A stretch of DNA of 25,018 nucleotides from a virus (lineage: Duplodnaviria > Caudoviricetes), in the IMG/VR virus record IMGVR_UViG_3300005581_000121, positions 1 through 25,018 of that record, one strand, 5' to 3'. The notes under the pieces were generated by a model. It was not told the origin of the DNA and ran no database searches. It saw only the letters and a list, made by a program, of their open reading frames with translations. Positions 1 to 9,716 of this stretch are shown here, piece after piece (the stretch's first letter is position 1; the number at the start of each line of letters is the position of its first letter). A program made the translations under genes and the position numbers.

Positions 1-68
1 ATGGAATAAGTGATATATGGGATTTTAAGTCTGGACTTAGCATTAGAATTCCAGGATCTATTTATTGA
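1..68 (+). CDS. 3' end of a probable LysM/gp53-like baseplate wedge protein (partial, not in ORF track)
   Basis: Frame from position 3 reads GISDIWDFKSGLSIRIPGSIY* (TGA 66-68). This resembles the N-x-I-x-D...G-x-x-I-x-IP end of LysM/tail-X/gp53 proteins, and it lies directly upstream of the hub and spike genes as expected. Confidence 0.55.
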   Translation, partial: GISDIWDFKSGLSIRIPGSIY

Positions 69-76
69 GGTGATTT

Positions 77-1549
77 ATGGCTTGTAATATTAGTGGGGAT
101 GCCGCAGAGTGCCTTTGTGCAAAACCAGCAGAACCACCAGCTGGTCGTGTTTACGCTCCATGGGTTGAACTTGATATACGAGGACTGCAAATTTATTGCG
201 GCAACGAATCGCTTCCAAGCGATCCACATACTATGGCTATAAGTTCTATGCAATATGGGATGAGTCGAGGAAATGGTGGAATCACAGTTGAATTTGAGAT
301 TCTTTCTGAGGGTTCTGAAGGGTACAAAAAGCTTTTTGACTTGATGAACAAAACAATTAAACTTGCCCCTGAAGAAATAAAAAACACAAGATTTCGTTTT
401 GGGTGGATTTTAAAAGATTGTACCAATAATGTTGATTTTGAAACACAATTATCACCATGGATACATATTTTACCGGTAAAAATGTCAACTAACATTGACA
501 AAGGCATAGCGAAAATTAAGCTTGAATGCAAAGATCTACTTGAGAGACACAATGATCGCCGTGTGACAGCAAATATAGGCTCAGAAGGAAACCTTATACA
601 TCTTAAAGATGCTATAATACAACTTTGCGACACTCAAGATCCAACAATTGATGTCGAGTTTCGCAACAGAAAGGGTGATGGTGACTTTGATTTTGAGAGA
701 GAGCCAAGAGGGTATAAATCTGTTTGGCAGTCCAATGAACTTACACTTTTAGCAACTATAAGATCATGGGTTAGCACTACAAAAACTGCAGATAAAAAAG
801 GAGTTTATTTTAGATATGATCCGGTAGACACAAAATTAGTCATTCAAGAAGATGATGTATGCAGAAAACCAGAAGTTTGTGCTTGCGACGGAGTCATAGA
901 CTCATATGTTGTCAATGGTGGAAATTGCAGTCCAGTTATAGAATTTAATCCAGAAATAGACTGGATTCTTGATGCTGGTGGCTTTGGAGGCCAATCTGGT
1001 AGCGGAAGTACAAGTGAACAAAATAAGGCGCAAGAACCTTTAGAGCTTCAACCAATTGAAGGAAGCGGATCTGGAAATGAGCAAGCAATTCCAGTTGAGT
1101 ATAGTCACACCATACCACAAGAACAACATGGTAAAATGTTGAACGAGGCAACAGCAGCCAACACTCTAGCCAATAAACCATTTGACACCGCAAAAAGTAT
1201 TCAAGGAGAACTTGTTATAATTGGAGATGTAAAATATGCAAATATAACAGATATAGGAAGATACATATCCATATCAGTTTTAAGCCCATATAAAATTGAT
1301 GGCGGATTTATGAGTCCATGTACATGGATAGCTAAACCACCAACAAATAAAACACTATCGAATAAAAAATGGATGCTTGAGGGTGTTGATCACCAAATAG
1401 ATTCTGGCAAGTTTATAACTAAACTAAAAGTAGGCTTGGCAGTTCCTAATGCTGAACTAGCGGCAGATGAACCTATTGGTGGCGAAGGCAGTTGCGGGCC
1501 TATGACAGACGGAACCGGCGATGGCACCTTCAAAGGAGAAGAAGTTTAA
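77..1549 (+). CDS. Baseplate hub protein (T4 gp27 / P2 gpD-like), divergent
   Basis: 490 aa, GAGGTG SD at 67-72. The C-terminal WMLEGVDHQIDSGKFITKLKV matches the hub-type x-V-x-H-x-I...F-x-T-x-L motif. It sits between the LysM-like and gp5-like genes. Confidence 0.6.
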   Translation: MACNISGDAAECLCAKPAEPPAGRVYAPWVELDIRGLQIYCGNESLPSDPHTMAISSMQYGMSRGNGGITVEFEILSEGSEGYKKLFDLMNKTIKLAPEEIKNTRFRFGWILKDCTNNVDFETQLSPWIHILPVKMSTNIDKGIAKIKLECKDLLERHNDRRVTANIGSEGNLIHLKDAIIQLCDTQDPTIDVEFRNRKGDGDFDFEREPRGYKSVWQSNELTLLATIRSWVSTTKTADKKGVYFRYDPVDTKLVIQEDDVCRKPEVCACDGVIDSYVVNGGNCSPVIEFNPEIDWILDAGGFGGQSGSGSTSEQNKAQEPLELQPIEGSGSGNEQAIPVEYSHTIPQEQHGKMLNEATAANTLANKPFDTAKSIQGELVIIGDVKYANITDIGRYISISVLSPYKIDGGFMSPCTWIAKPPTNKTLSNKKWMLEGVDHQIDSGKFITKLKVGLAVPNAELAADEPIGGEGSCGPMTDGTGDGTFKGEEV

Positions 1550-3795
1550 TGAGTGTATCAAGCAAAATAGCAGAATTAGAAAGAAAAGTTTTGAGCCTTA
1601 CAAATCAACTAGGAAGCGTAGAGTATTCCACGGTCGCCATTGCAAGAACGAATCAAAAAAGTCAAACGAGCGATACAAAGGATATGCACTTTGGCTTGAT
1701 GGTTGGTCTTGTCATAGAAACAATAGATATATGGAAGCAAAATCGTGTCAGATTTTTCTGTCCCAAGCTGCATAGAGCAGATGTTCAAATAAAACAACTT
1801 CCATGGGCTCATCCTATTTCGGCAATGGGTGGATTTGACGACTCGGGATTAAGTTGGGTTCCACCAGCTGGGTCTTCAATTGCCCTTGTTTTTGAAAGTG
1901 GAAATAGAAGTTCTGCCTTTTATATTGGAACCATTTGGTCTAGAAACAGAGGTCCAGAAGGTCAACACAATTGGGGTGTCAATCACCTCATGGATGAATA
2001 TTACAAAATATGGGAAGGCCATAGAAAAGGATATCTTGTTGGCCCCAATGATGAAAGCCAAGTTTTACCTCCATGGAATACCGAAAGCTACAATGGTTTT
2101 GATCTAACCTCAATTTTAGACTTTGCAGACATGCCTGAAGTTCAAAGAATCATCACATTTCCAAACATTTACGGATTCAAGACACCAGAAAAACACGCTT
2201 TAAAAATGGTGGATGGTGATCCAAAGTGTAATAGACGATGGAAAAGAATCGAGCTTACGAGCAGTACTGGTAACTGGTTGATGCTCAAAGATGACCACCT
2301 TCACTATGGTGGTCAATGGGCGCACCCAGACTGTAATGTTACATTTCCAAATACTGATGAAATAGTAGCTGATGATGATGTGAGTTGCATTGAAGGAACT
2401 CCAGAGGCTCCATATCCAGACATGGCAAGATCGATAGGCATTGACGCTGGCATAATAGCATCAGACAGCAATCCAAATCAAGGAATTGCAGGCTTAAGCG
2501 AAATAGCCAAAGCACTTGCAACGAAAACACAAAAAGTAAAAGATATTGTACCAGATTATGTCCCAACATCTGAAGTTCCAATATGTGGAAAGCTAATTCC
2601 AAGATTTTCTTCACAAGCAAGAACTGGGCATCCAAAATCATCAAGATATAAGCAGCAAAAAGGACAAAATCCATACTTCAAACATGAGAATGAATGCCGT
2701 CCCTATAAAGGACCAGAGACACCACAGAACAACACTTGTGATTTACCTCAGTCTGGAATACAGCTCATGAGTGTTGGCGGTCACACATTCGTAATGGATG
2801 ATTCCGTTAGTTGCCCAGTGGGCATACCAGAATGGGAAAGAAGCCTAAAACCATTTGACTTTGGTGCAGAGAACATATTTGAAGGCAGAACATACATCAA
2901 ATCAGCTACAGGACACATGATTGAGATGTCAGACCTTGAAAAAGAACCTGAAGTAAGGAGTGAATGGAATGGAATCAAGCTTTTAACTGCATTTGGCAAC
3001 AGAATTGAGCTTAACGATCATGAAAAATCAAAATGTATAGCTGGGAAACACCGTGGCATCAGCATGCAAACTACAAGCAAGCACCAATTTGAAATGATTG
3101 ATGAGGACAATGAGCAATGCGGTAGTGGATCAAGAAAAAGTTTGAGTCCAGAAAAACAAAATGAAGAGCAAAATCCTGTTGGTCATGGTGGAGATCCAAA
3201 GCCTCTTGCTAAGAAAGCTTATGTGAAAATAAGGTCTGGTTATGGCCTTGAGTTCATCATGCGTGATGATAATTCGCAAATAACCACTCAAAGACAATAC
3301 ATCAAGATTTATTGTCCACACTATACAAACTGTAGGGGACCACACATACATCAATATCAAGAATCACCAAGTGGCCCTGGGCTGGTGTTCCTTCGTGTTG
3401 CCGGTAACCATATTATAGCAACAACAGACAATCAAGTTGAGATCATAGGTGATATAGGTGGATGTTCCAAGCCAAACAATAAAATAGAGTTGATCAGTAA
3501 GTTGAAATTAGTATACACAAGAGACTTCTATGTTAACATCACTAAAAAATCGCATATCTTCTATGCAAATGATGTCATAGCTTTGTTCGCAGGGAAAGAT
3601 GGTCCAAAAAACAGTCCAAGAATTGGTAGATTGTGCGTATTTGACTTAAAGACACAGACAATTAGATTGAGTTCCAAAATTATAGCTAGTGTCGGCAAAA
3701 ATGATCCATGTATGTCGATTACCCACATTCTACCTTTGGCCAGAAAAAGATGTAATCCAGATAATGAAACACCAACCACAGGCGGTGGACAATAA
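1549..3795 (+). CDS. Central spike protein, gp5/VgrG/gpV-like with N-terminal OB fold
   Basis: Start moved from 1492 to ATG 1549 (TAATG overlap with the upstream stop, AAGGAG SD at 1533-1538), giving 748 aa. OB-fold motif: NRVRFFCPKL...LPWAHP...GLSWVPPAGSSIALVFESGN...FYIG. Repeated S-x-x-GH-x-x-E-M-x-D-type hairpins follow. Confidence 0.8.
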   Translation: MSVSSKIAELERKVLSLTNQLGSVEYSTVAIARTNQKSQTSDTKDMHFGLMVGLVIETIDIWKQNRVRFFCPKLHRADVQIKQLPWAHPISAMGGFDDSGLSWVPPAGSSIALVFESGNRSSAFYIGTIWSRNRGPEGQHNWGVNHLMDEYYKIWEGHRKGYLVGPNDESQVLPPWNTESYNGFDLTSILDFADMPEVQRIITFPNIYGFKTPEKHALKMVDGDPKCNRRWKRIELTSSTGNWLMLKDDHLHYGGQWAHPDCNVTFPNTDEIVADDDVSCIEGTPEAPYPDMARSIGIDAGIIASDSNPNQGIAGLSEIAKALATKTQKVKDIVPDYVPTSEVPICGKLIPRFSSQARTGHPKSSRYKQQKGQNPYFKHENECRPYKGPETPQNNTCDLPQSGIQLMSVGGHTFVMDDSVSCPVGIPEWERSLKPFDFGAENIFEGRTYIKSATGHMIEMSDLEKEPEVRSEWNGIKLLTAFGNRIELNDHEKSKCIAGKHRGISMQTTSKHQFEMIDEDNEQCGSGSRKSLSPEKQNEEQNPVGHGGDPKPLAKKAYVKIRSGYGLEFIMRDDNSQITTQRQYIKIYCPHYTNCRGPHIHQYQESPSGPGLVFLRVAGNHIIATTDNQVEIIGDIGGCSKPNNKIELISKLKLVYTRDFYVNITKKSHIFYANDVIALFAGKDGPKNSPRIGRLCVFDLKTQTIRLSSKIIASVGKNDPCMSITHILPLARKRCNPDNETPTTGGGQ

Positions 3796-4220
3796 TGAAT
3801 CAGAAAAGCTTCAAGGGCGCACCATACCCCATAACAAAAAATCCAAAAGGTTTTTTTTATACACAAAGTGGTGTCGATCAAGTCAAATCAGACATGATTG
3901 TATTATTGCTGACAAACCCAAGAGAAAGGGTGATGCTGCATGACTTTGGCACCCCGCTTCGCAAACTTTTTTTCAATCCTAATGATCCAGGAACTATATT
4001 GGAAGCAAAGGCGATGATCGCTAACTCACTTAAGATGTGGGAACCAAGAGTGGCAATTGAGAACATATATATTCAGTCAAGGTTGGACTCGGATAGCGCA
4101 AACCCGAATGATCCAGACCCAGAAAACGAGCATGTGTTGCTCATCAGAATAACATTCTTTGACAGACTCGATATCAGGACGATCAACGAGCTGAGGCTAG
4201 AGGTCCCACTAGGAGCTTGA
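3795..4220 (+). CDS. Baseplate wedge subunit, gp25/GPW-like
   Basis: LLLTNPRERVMLHDFGTPLRKLFFNP and WEPRV are hallmark gp25/GPW motifs. TAATG overlap with the spike gene. Confidence 0.9.
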   Translation: MNQKSFKGAPYPITKNPKGFFYTQSGVDQVKSDMIVLLLTNPRERVMLHDFGTPLRKLFFNPNDPGTILEAKAMIANSLKMWEPRVAIENIYIQSRLDSDSANPNDPDPENEHVLLIRITFFDRLDIRTINELRLEVPLGA

Positions 4221-4221
4221 T

Positions 4222-5775
4222 ATGACCAATAACTGTCCATTTAATGTAGAACCTTATGCCAAGGCTGAGATCATAAAGAAGCCTAATGTATTCAACCTAA
4301 ATTATACAAACCAAGATTTTTGGAGCATGAAAACAAGACTTTTGCAATTTACACAGCAAAGGTTTTCTAGTGAGTTCTCAGATTTTGTTGAATCTTCTTT
4401 AGCGGTCATGCTTATAGAAAACTGGTCATTTATAGCCGACACACTGTCCTTTAAGATGGATCAGATTGCCAATGAGATATTCATTGACACCGTAACAGAA
4501 ATAGAAAATGCATTCAGATTGTGCAAATTGGTTGGCTTTCAACCAACAGCACCTATTGCAGCAAAAAGCTATTGGACAGCCAGTTTGACAAACGCAATAA
4601 CCACAGATATTACAGTAGCCACACCAATACGAGTGCAAGTAAATGGTGGCGGCGAGTCGTTAGACATGGAGCTTTTTGCTGCGGATGCTGAGGGAAATCC
4701 ATTATTCGATGAAGATATTCTATTGCCGGCAAATTCATTGGTTAACGCAAGCATTGTCGGCCTTGAAGGTCTTACCAGAATAGAGGAAGTTGCAGGGACT
4801 GGTGCAGCCAATCAAACGATAAGAAGTGGTTTCAGCACTGTCTTATTTGACAGCATGAAAGTTGAGGTTGATGGAGTTCTGTGGAACAAAGTTGATTTCT
4901 TCACAGAGTCACAACAGCTTCGTGAGTACCGTGTAGAATACAATTCTGATTTTAGTGCTTTTTTCATTTTTGGTAATGGTGTTGCAGGTATGGTGCCAAC
5001 TGTAGGATCTTTGATTAACATCACATATAGAACAGGTGGTGGAGTAAGAGGAAATCTTGTAACAAATGCCACACAAGAAAGCATTCTTGCTACTGTCCCA
5101 GGATTAAGCTATACAGTTCCGATTTTTCTTAACAACTACACTAGAGCTCAATACGGCTTTGATGGCGACACCATTGATGACATCAGACGCAAGCTTCCAG
5201 CCTATCTTAGAACACAAGACAGAGCTGTGACTGGACTTGATTACAAAACACTAACTGATCAGTTTGCGACTCCGTACCAAGGGCAGATTGGTAAGTCGAT
5301 TGCTGTTCTTCGTAATCATGGTTGTGCAGCCAACATCATAGACATTTATGTTTTGGCAAGGAAAGACACCGAAACTTTAGACAACGCATCAGACCAGCTT
5401 AAAACAGCGTTGATGAATTATCTTGAGTCAAAAAAGATGATAACAGATTACATCTGCATCAAGGATGGTGTTCCTGTCACAATTGATGTTAACATATCTG
5501 TAACAGTAGACAAATTTTACAAGAAATTTGAAGACGAACTGAGAATCAAGATATTGAACAGGGTCAACAGCTTTTTCAGCATTAGCAGATGGGAGTTTGG
5601 ACAGAACCTAAAAGAATCAGATATAGTAAAAGAACTGTCTGATCTCAAAGAAATTTCATCAATTGACATTGCCTTTAGTACAGATGTTTCACCAACGGCG
5701 AACAACATCGTAACAGCAAAGTATTATGAGATAATCAGACCTGACATCATCGATTTAGGATTCGTTTACGAATAA
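4222..5775 (+). CDS. Baseplate wedge protein, T4 gp6 / baseplate J-like
   Basis: N-terminal YTNQDFWSMK...FSDFVESS...DQIANEIFIDT; central FGNGVAGMVP...ITYRTGGGVRGN; RTQDRAVTGLDY (baseplate J RAVT..DY motif). Confidence 0.88.
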   Translation: MTNNCPFNVEPYAKAEIIKKPNVFNLNYTNQDFWSMKTRLLQFTQQRFSSEFSDFVESSLAVMLIENWSFIADTLSFKMDQIANEIFIDTVTEIENAFRLCKLVGFQPTAPIAAKSYWTASLTNAITTDITVATPIRVQVNGGGESLDMELFAADAEGNPLFDEDILLPANSLVNASIVGLEGLTRIEEVAGTGAANQTIRSGFSTVLFDSMKVEVDGVLWNKVDFFTESQQLREYRVEYNSDFSAFFIFGNGVAGMVPTVGSLINITYRTGGGVRGNLVTNATQESILATVPGLSYTVPIFLNNYTRAQYGFDGDTIDDIRRKLPAYLRTQDRAVTGLDYKTLTDQFATPYQGQIGKSIAVLRNHGCAANIIDIYVLARKDTETLDNASDQLKTALMNYLESKKMITDYICIKDGVPVTIDVNISVTVDKFYKKFEDELRIKILNRVNSFFSISRWEFGQNLKESDIVKELSDLKEISSIDIAFSTDVSPTANNIVTAKYYEIIRPDIIDLGFVYE

Positions 5776-5779
5776 AAAA

Positions 5780-8700
5780 ATGACACAGAAGCGAATTACA
5801 GAAAACCCGACCCTCAATGATGAGATTGTTCTAGAGTTTACAACTCCTGATGACAATGGATGCCTCCTTGCAGATCCATACAAGGTCGACAAGATTGTCA
5901 TATATTTCATTGAGAGAAGTTTTGTTGACCCAACCCTTAACGAATACACCCAAGACATCTATGAGAGCGAGAAGCTTGCTGCCACGATAGCTGCCGAAAA
6001 GCTTGCTTGCGAAAATCCTAACGAAAAAAATATATTCGAAGCTAAAAAACTTCGAGCAGACCTTGATAGCAGCGTTAAATCCCAGAAGTTTTACTACAAA
6101 GATGCAACTCCGATATTCACTGTTGGAACCGACATGTTTCCAGCTTGGCTTTCAACTGACCAAGACAACGCATTGATCCAAAAAGTAAATGAAGACAGTG
6201 AAAGCAACACGCTGTATGGTAACTTTAAATATGTTTGGAAACCATTCAGCTTCCGTGAGGGTGATTACTTCGTATGTTACACTTGGACATCCGTAATAGC
6301 TGGCACAACCAAGTTAAGTCATCAGAAGTTTAGCATAGTGAGTGTGGATGTTGAAGCCAATGCAATCCCATCGCACTTCACGCCTCCAGAAAAATATCCA
6401 ACTCTACTTGAACGATATACACCAGATATGTTCAAGACAAGACTGAGTCAGTTTGACAGAACACCTGATGTAATTCAAAAGCTAAATTTGGCGATTGCCG
6501 ATGGCTTTGCGGTGCTTGAAAATTATGCCAACCAGTTGATTGATCTTTATGATGCAAATGTTCTATCTGAGTCATTATTGCCATTTTTGTCTAACCTTTT
6601 TAACTTAAGACTGAAGACAACTGATCCATACAGATGGAGAAGGCAAATCAAAAACGCTGTTCCATTATTCAAGAAAAAAGGAACAATTGGCGGTCTTAAA
6701 GAATCATTGGATCAAGCAGGCGTCAAATTCATTAAGATTACAAGGCTATGGCAAGTCATATCTAATCACACATGGCAAGAGATCTTCACATACGATGGAG
6801 AAAATGATTTTTTCATATTAGAAAGAACCGCTCTGCCAATTGATCTAGATAACTTCGAGCTGTACATCAGATATGTTGATAGCGACATCTGGACTAGTAT
6901 TTCCTCAGACTACATCATCTTTGACGAGGTTGATGGCTTGTCAATACTTAGGTGGGTTGGCGACACGCTTTCTGTGTCATCAATAAATCTAACTATAGGC
7001 GATTCCATCAGAGTCGTGTACAAAGTCATAGAAATATCTACTGGAACTCAGCAAACAATTGAGAATTACATCAGGATGCTACCATTGATGGATTCTCGTG
7101 ACGAGAGGGATAACGAATACCCGATTAAGAACTGGAATGTAAGGCTAATTGAAGAGACAGATCCACTATTTGACATTATCATACCAACGAAAACACCATT
7201 CCACGATGATATCGTTTTTGGAAAAGTAAGGACAGAGTTTCCCTACAGCGAAAACATCTACAACATGGATGAATACAATGGAAGTATCCGCAACAGCAAA
7301 GATCCATGTGATATAGACAAGAACTTTGTAGACCCATGCCACTCCGGACTCAGCAGTAAATACAACATAGACCTTGAAATAGAGTATTTAAGTAACGACA
7401 GAATAGTCGAGGCCAACGATGTTCTCCGTGAGTGTTTGCCATTCCATGCAGTTTTACATGTTATGAACATATATGGTGGAATTAACGAGGTCGTCATACC
7501 TCCCGAAGAAGATTTTGAAATACTTGTGACATTCCTTCAAAATGCGTTCACCATATCTGGAAACGCACAAATGTGGTTCAACAGAGTAATGATAAATGGG
7601 ATTACGGGTTCGCAAGCAGTACTTCGCAGTGACCTGGCCACATCTAGCATTGTTGATTCGGGAACAGGCATAGCCTACAACGACAGTGTGGTTCTTTTCT
7701 GTGGTGAAGTGAACTTCAAATCGATAGGCATGATCAATGATGGAACGGCCATACTCAAGATACTAGGTGGAACACTTGCTGGTGATTACAATGTGGATAG
7801 CCCAACGCCAAACACAGTCAAGATTGTTTCGATTACTGAACCAATAAATGAGACAAATAACATTTTCAGCCCAAGACTTGCACTCAACCAGAGAGCATTC
7901 AGTTTCAGACTGTCAAACCCTATAGATGCATCAAGCACCATCAATATATACCAAGACAATATTTTCAAATTCACCGACGAAAGCCAATCGTTCAATAACT
8001 TTAAATCGCTTTGGGATGTCAGCCGTGGATATAGCACAGCATCTTGGAAGATTAAAATACCAGTATATTCAGCAACCCCATTAAACATTATCAATGTTCA
8101 AAGTGATGGATCGATCATGCTAGAAGATGGCGGAAGTCTACCATCAAGTTCTGCTACATCCATTTCATACACAGCATATGATCAATACAACAACGAGCTG
8201 TTCACAAGCTCATCTGGTGTGCTTGTTGTGACCTCAAGGGGAAGAACAGAAGTTCTCAACACAACCTTGCATGATGTGAAAAATGTTTTCTTAATAGGTG
8301 ATTACCAAAATATATCAGGTACAGAGTATAAAATAACTGGATTCAAGGATGGTGCAGATGACCAGTTTTATATCGATGGATACACAGGAGGCGATGTTGC
8401 TGGGGCGAGTTTGTACACATATAGGCGCCTCTTGGACAACAAAGTTGGTTATTTGAGCCATAAGGGTTTAAATATTCAAATATCTGGAAATATTGAATCA
8501 AGTCTATCCATAAACAATGGCGAAAACAGCCTTGTCGCAACGCCACTTGAGGATGATCATTTCAAGGAAAATTACCTTATTGACATCAATGGAAAACTAT
8601 ATTTAATGGCCAATATAAACGGAAATAGCCCAGTTGGAAACACAACAATAGCATTGGATGGTCCAGATTCCTACTGGAAAACACTTGTTAATGGCGGCAC

Positions 8701-8962
8701 ATCTACACCTTACAGCATATATCGTTATATTAAAACGCAAGATATTACTATACAAGGTCAGCAATTTGACCTCGAACCGGCCACATTCGACACTATTGAT
8801 AGGCGTGGCAGAGTTACCATTGGAAATGATGCATCTGGAACCGAAGAAATAAAGATGCTTCAAGTTCCAAAAGATAATTTTTTAGAATCAACCAGCCAAA
8901 AAGAAGGGGTTGAATTTATAATAGAGTACAGAGACGGTACAAGAAAGAAAGGTGATATATGA
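5780..8962 (+). CDS. Baseplate wedge / tail protein I (P2 gpI / T4 gp7-like) with large extensions
   Basis: LLPFLSNLFN...WRRQIKNAVPLFKKKGTIGGLKESL is the gpI-type KGT motif, with a later LPFHAVL motif. Follows baseplate J; 1060 aa. Confidence 0.72.
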   Translation: MTQKRITENPTLNDEIVLEFTTPDDNGCLLADPYKVDKIVIYFIERSFVDPTLNEYTQDIYESEKLAATIAAEKLACENPNEKNIFEAKKLRADLDSSVKSQKFYYKDATPIFTVGTDMFPAWLSTDQDNALIQKVNEDSESNTLYGNFKYVWKPFSFREGDYFVCYTWTSVIAGTTKLSHQKFSIVSVDVEANAIPSHFTPPEKYPTLLERYTPDMFKTRLSQFDRTPDVIQKLNLAIADGFAVLENYANQLIDLYDANVLSESLLPFLSNLFNLRLKTTDPYRWRRQIKNAVPLFKKKGTIGGLKESLDQAGVKFIKITRLWQVISNHTWQEIFTYDGENDFFILERTALPIDLDNFELYIRYVDSDIWTSISSDYIIFDEVDGLSILRWVGDTLSVSSINLTIGDSIRVVYKVIEISTGTQQTIENYIRMLPLMDSRDERDNEYPIKNWNVRLIEETDPLFDIIIPTKTPFHDDIVFGKVRTEFPYSENIYNMDEYNGSIRNSKDPCDIDKNFVDPCHSGLSSKYNIDLEIEYLSNDRIVEANDVLRECLPFHAVLHVMNIYGGINEVVIPPEEDFEILVTFLQNAFTISGNAQMWFNRVMINGITGSQAVLRSDLATSSIVDSGTGIAYNDSVVLFCGEVNFKSIGMINDGTAILKILGGTLAGDYNVDSPTPNTVKIVSITEPINETNNIFSPRLALNQRAFSFRLSNPIDASSTINIYQDNIFKFTDESQSFNNFKSLWDVSRGYSTASWKIKIPVYSATPLNIINVQSDGSIMLEDGGSLPSSSATSISYTAYDQYNNELFTSSSGVLVVTSRGRTEVLNTTLHDVKNVFLIGDYQNISGTEYKITGFKDGADDQFYIDGYTGGDVAGASLYTYRRLLDNKVGYLSHKGLNIQISGNIESSLSINNGENSLVATPLEDDHFKENYLIDINGKLYLMANINGNSPVGNTTIALDGPDSYWKTLVNGGTSTPYSIYRYIKTQDITIQGQQFDLEPATFDTIDRRGRVTIGNDASGTEEIKMLQVPKDNFLESTSQKEGVEFIIEYRDGTRKKGDI

Positions 8963-9438
8963 CAGAATTACATGAACCATTAAAAGTGATTGGAATCGTG
9001 GAGAGGATCATCGAGTATTCCGATGGTCGCAAGGAGGTATCCGAAGTCAAAAATACCATCCTCCGCAAAGGAAGAGAGGCGCTTGCTAGTAGCTTGGCAA
9101 ACAGCATCGGGGCAACCTACACATTCTACATCAATCGCATGATCTTTGGTGATGGTGGCACGGCCGGTGGAACACTCAAGGTTGTTGACAGTGCAAGAAC
9201 TGCGCTTTTTGGCGTAACAAGGGCTAGCAAGCCAGTAATCAGTTCGGTTGACCCTAATATCCTAAGTCAAGTAGTGTTTACATCCGTTCTATCCTTTGAT
9301 GATGCTAATGGGTATGCAATAAACGAGATGGCTTTACAGATGTCAAATGGCGATCTTTACAGTATGGTTGCATTTGCTGATCTCAATAAGACAAGTAGCA
9401 TGCAGATAACATTTAACTGGCGACTTTCATTCATCTAA
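8959..9438 (+). CDS. Tail-fibre attachment / collar protein (DUF3751 / XkdV N-terminal-like)
   Basis: NTILRKGREALA...MIFGDGG...DDANGYAINEMAL...GDLYS...NKTSSMQITFNWRLSF pattern. ATGA overlap with the gpI-like gene. Confidence 0.7.
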   Translation: MTELHEPLKVIGIVERIIEYSDGRKEVSEVKNTILRKGREALASSLANSIGATYTFYINRMIFGDGGTAGGTLKVVDSARTALFGVTRASKPVISSVDPNILSQVVFTSVLSFDDANGYAINEMALQMSNGDLYSMVAFADLNKTSSMQITFNWRLSFI

Positions 9439-9446
9439 GAGGAAAC

Positions 9447-9716
9447 ATGCCAAACACAATAAAAATTGTTAAGATTAAAAGCAACGAGGCCGGCAAAGAA
9501 ATCAACATGCTTGTGGTCGGAAATGAAGTTTTCGACTGGGGCATAGATGATAAATCGCTTATTCAAACAAAAAAGATGATTGATCAAAGACCAGATATGC
9601 GTGAGTCCATATCAATGTCCATAATCAACCACTTTGTTGAATGTTTCAGCGAATTCCTTGGTCGTGAGACGACACTACCTGAGATTGTGTCGGCCATAAA
9701 TAAGGGAGAAATTTAA
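9447..9716 (+). CDS. Hypothetical protein (89 aa)
   Basis: GAGG SD, fills the operon gap, TAATG overlap with the next gene. Confidence 0.75.
   Translation: MPNTIKIVKIKSNEAGKEINMLVVGNEVFDWGIDDKSLIQTKKMIDQRPDMRESISMSIINHFVECFSEFLGRETTLPEIVSAINKGEI

Noticed and set aside
1492-1548. N-terminal extension MRAYDRRNRRWHLQRRRSL of the spike ORF
   Set aside because: It overlaps the hub gene. ATG 1549 has an SD and a TAATG coupling, so it is the better start.
77-9438. T6SS or eCIS/tailocin locus of a cellular genome
   Set aside because: No Tss membrane complex, Afp15-like ATPase or host housekeeping genes are visible, and the T4-like gp6 N-terminus plus many small orphan genes fit a large phage better. 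Not fully excluded, because capsid and terminase genes are outside the window.
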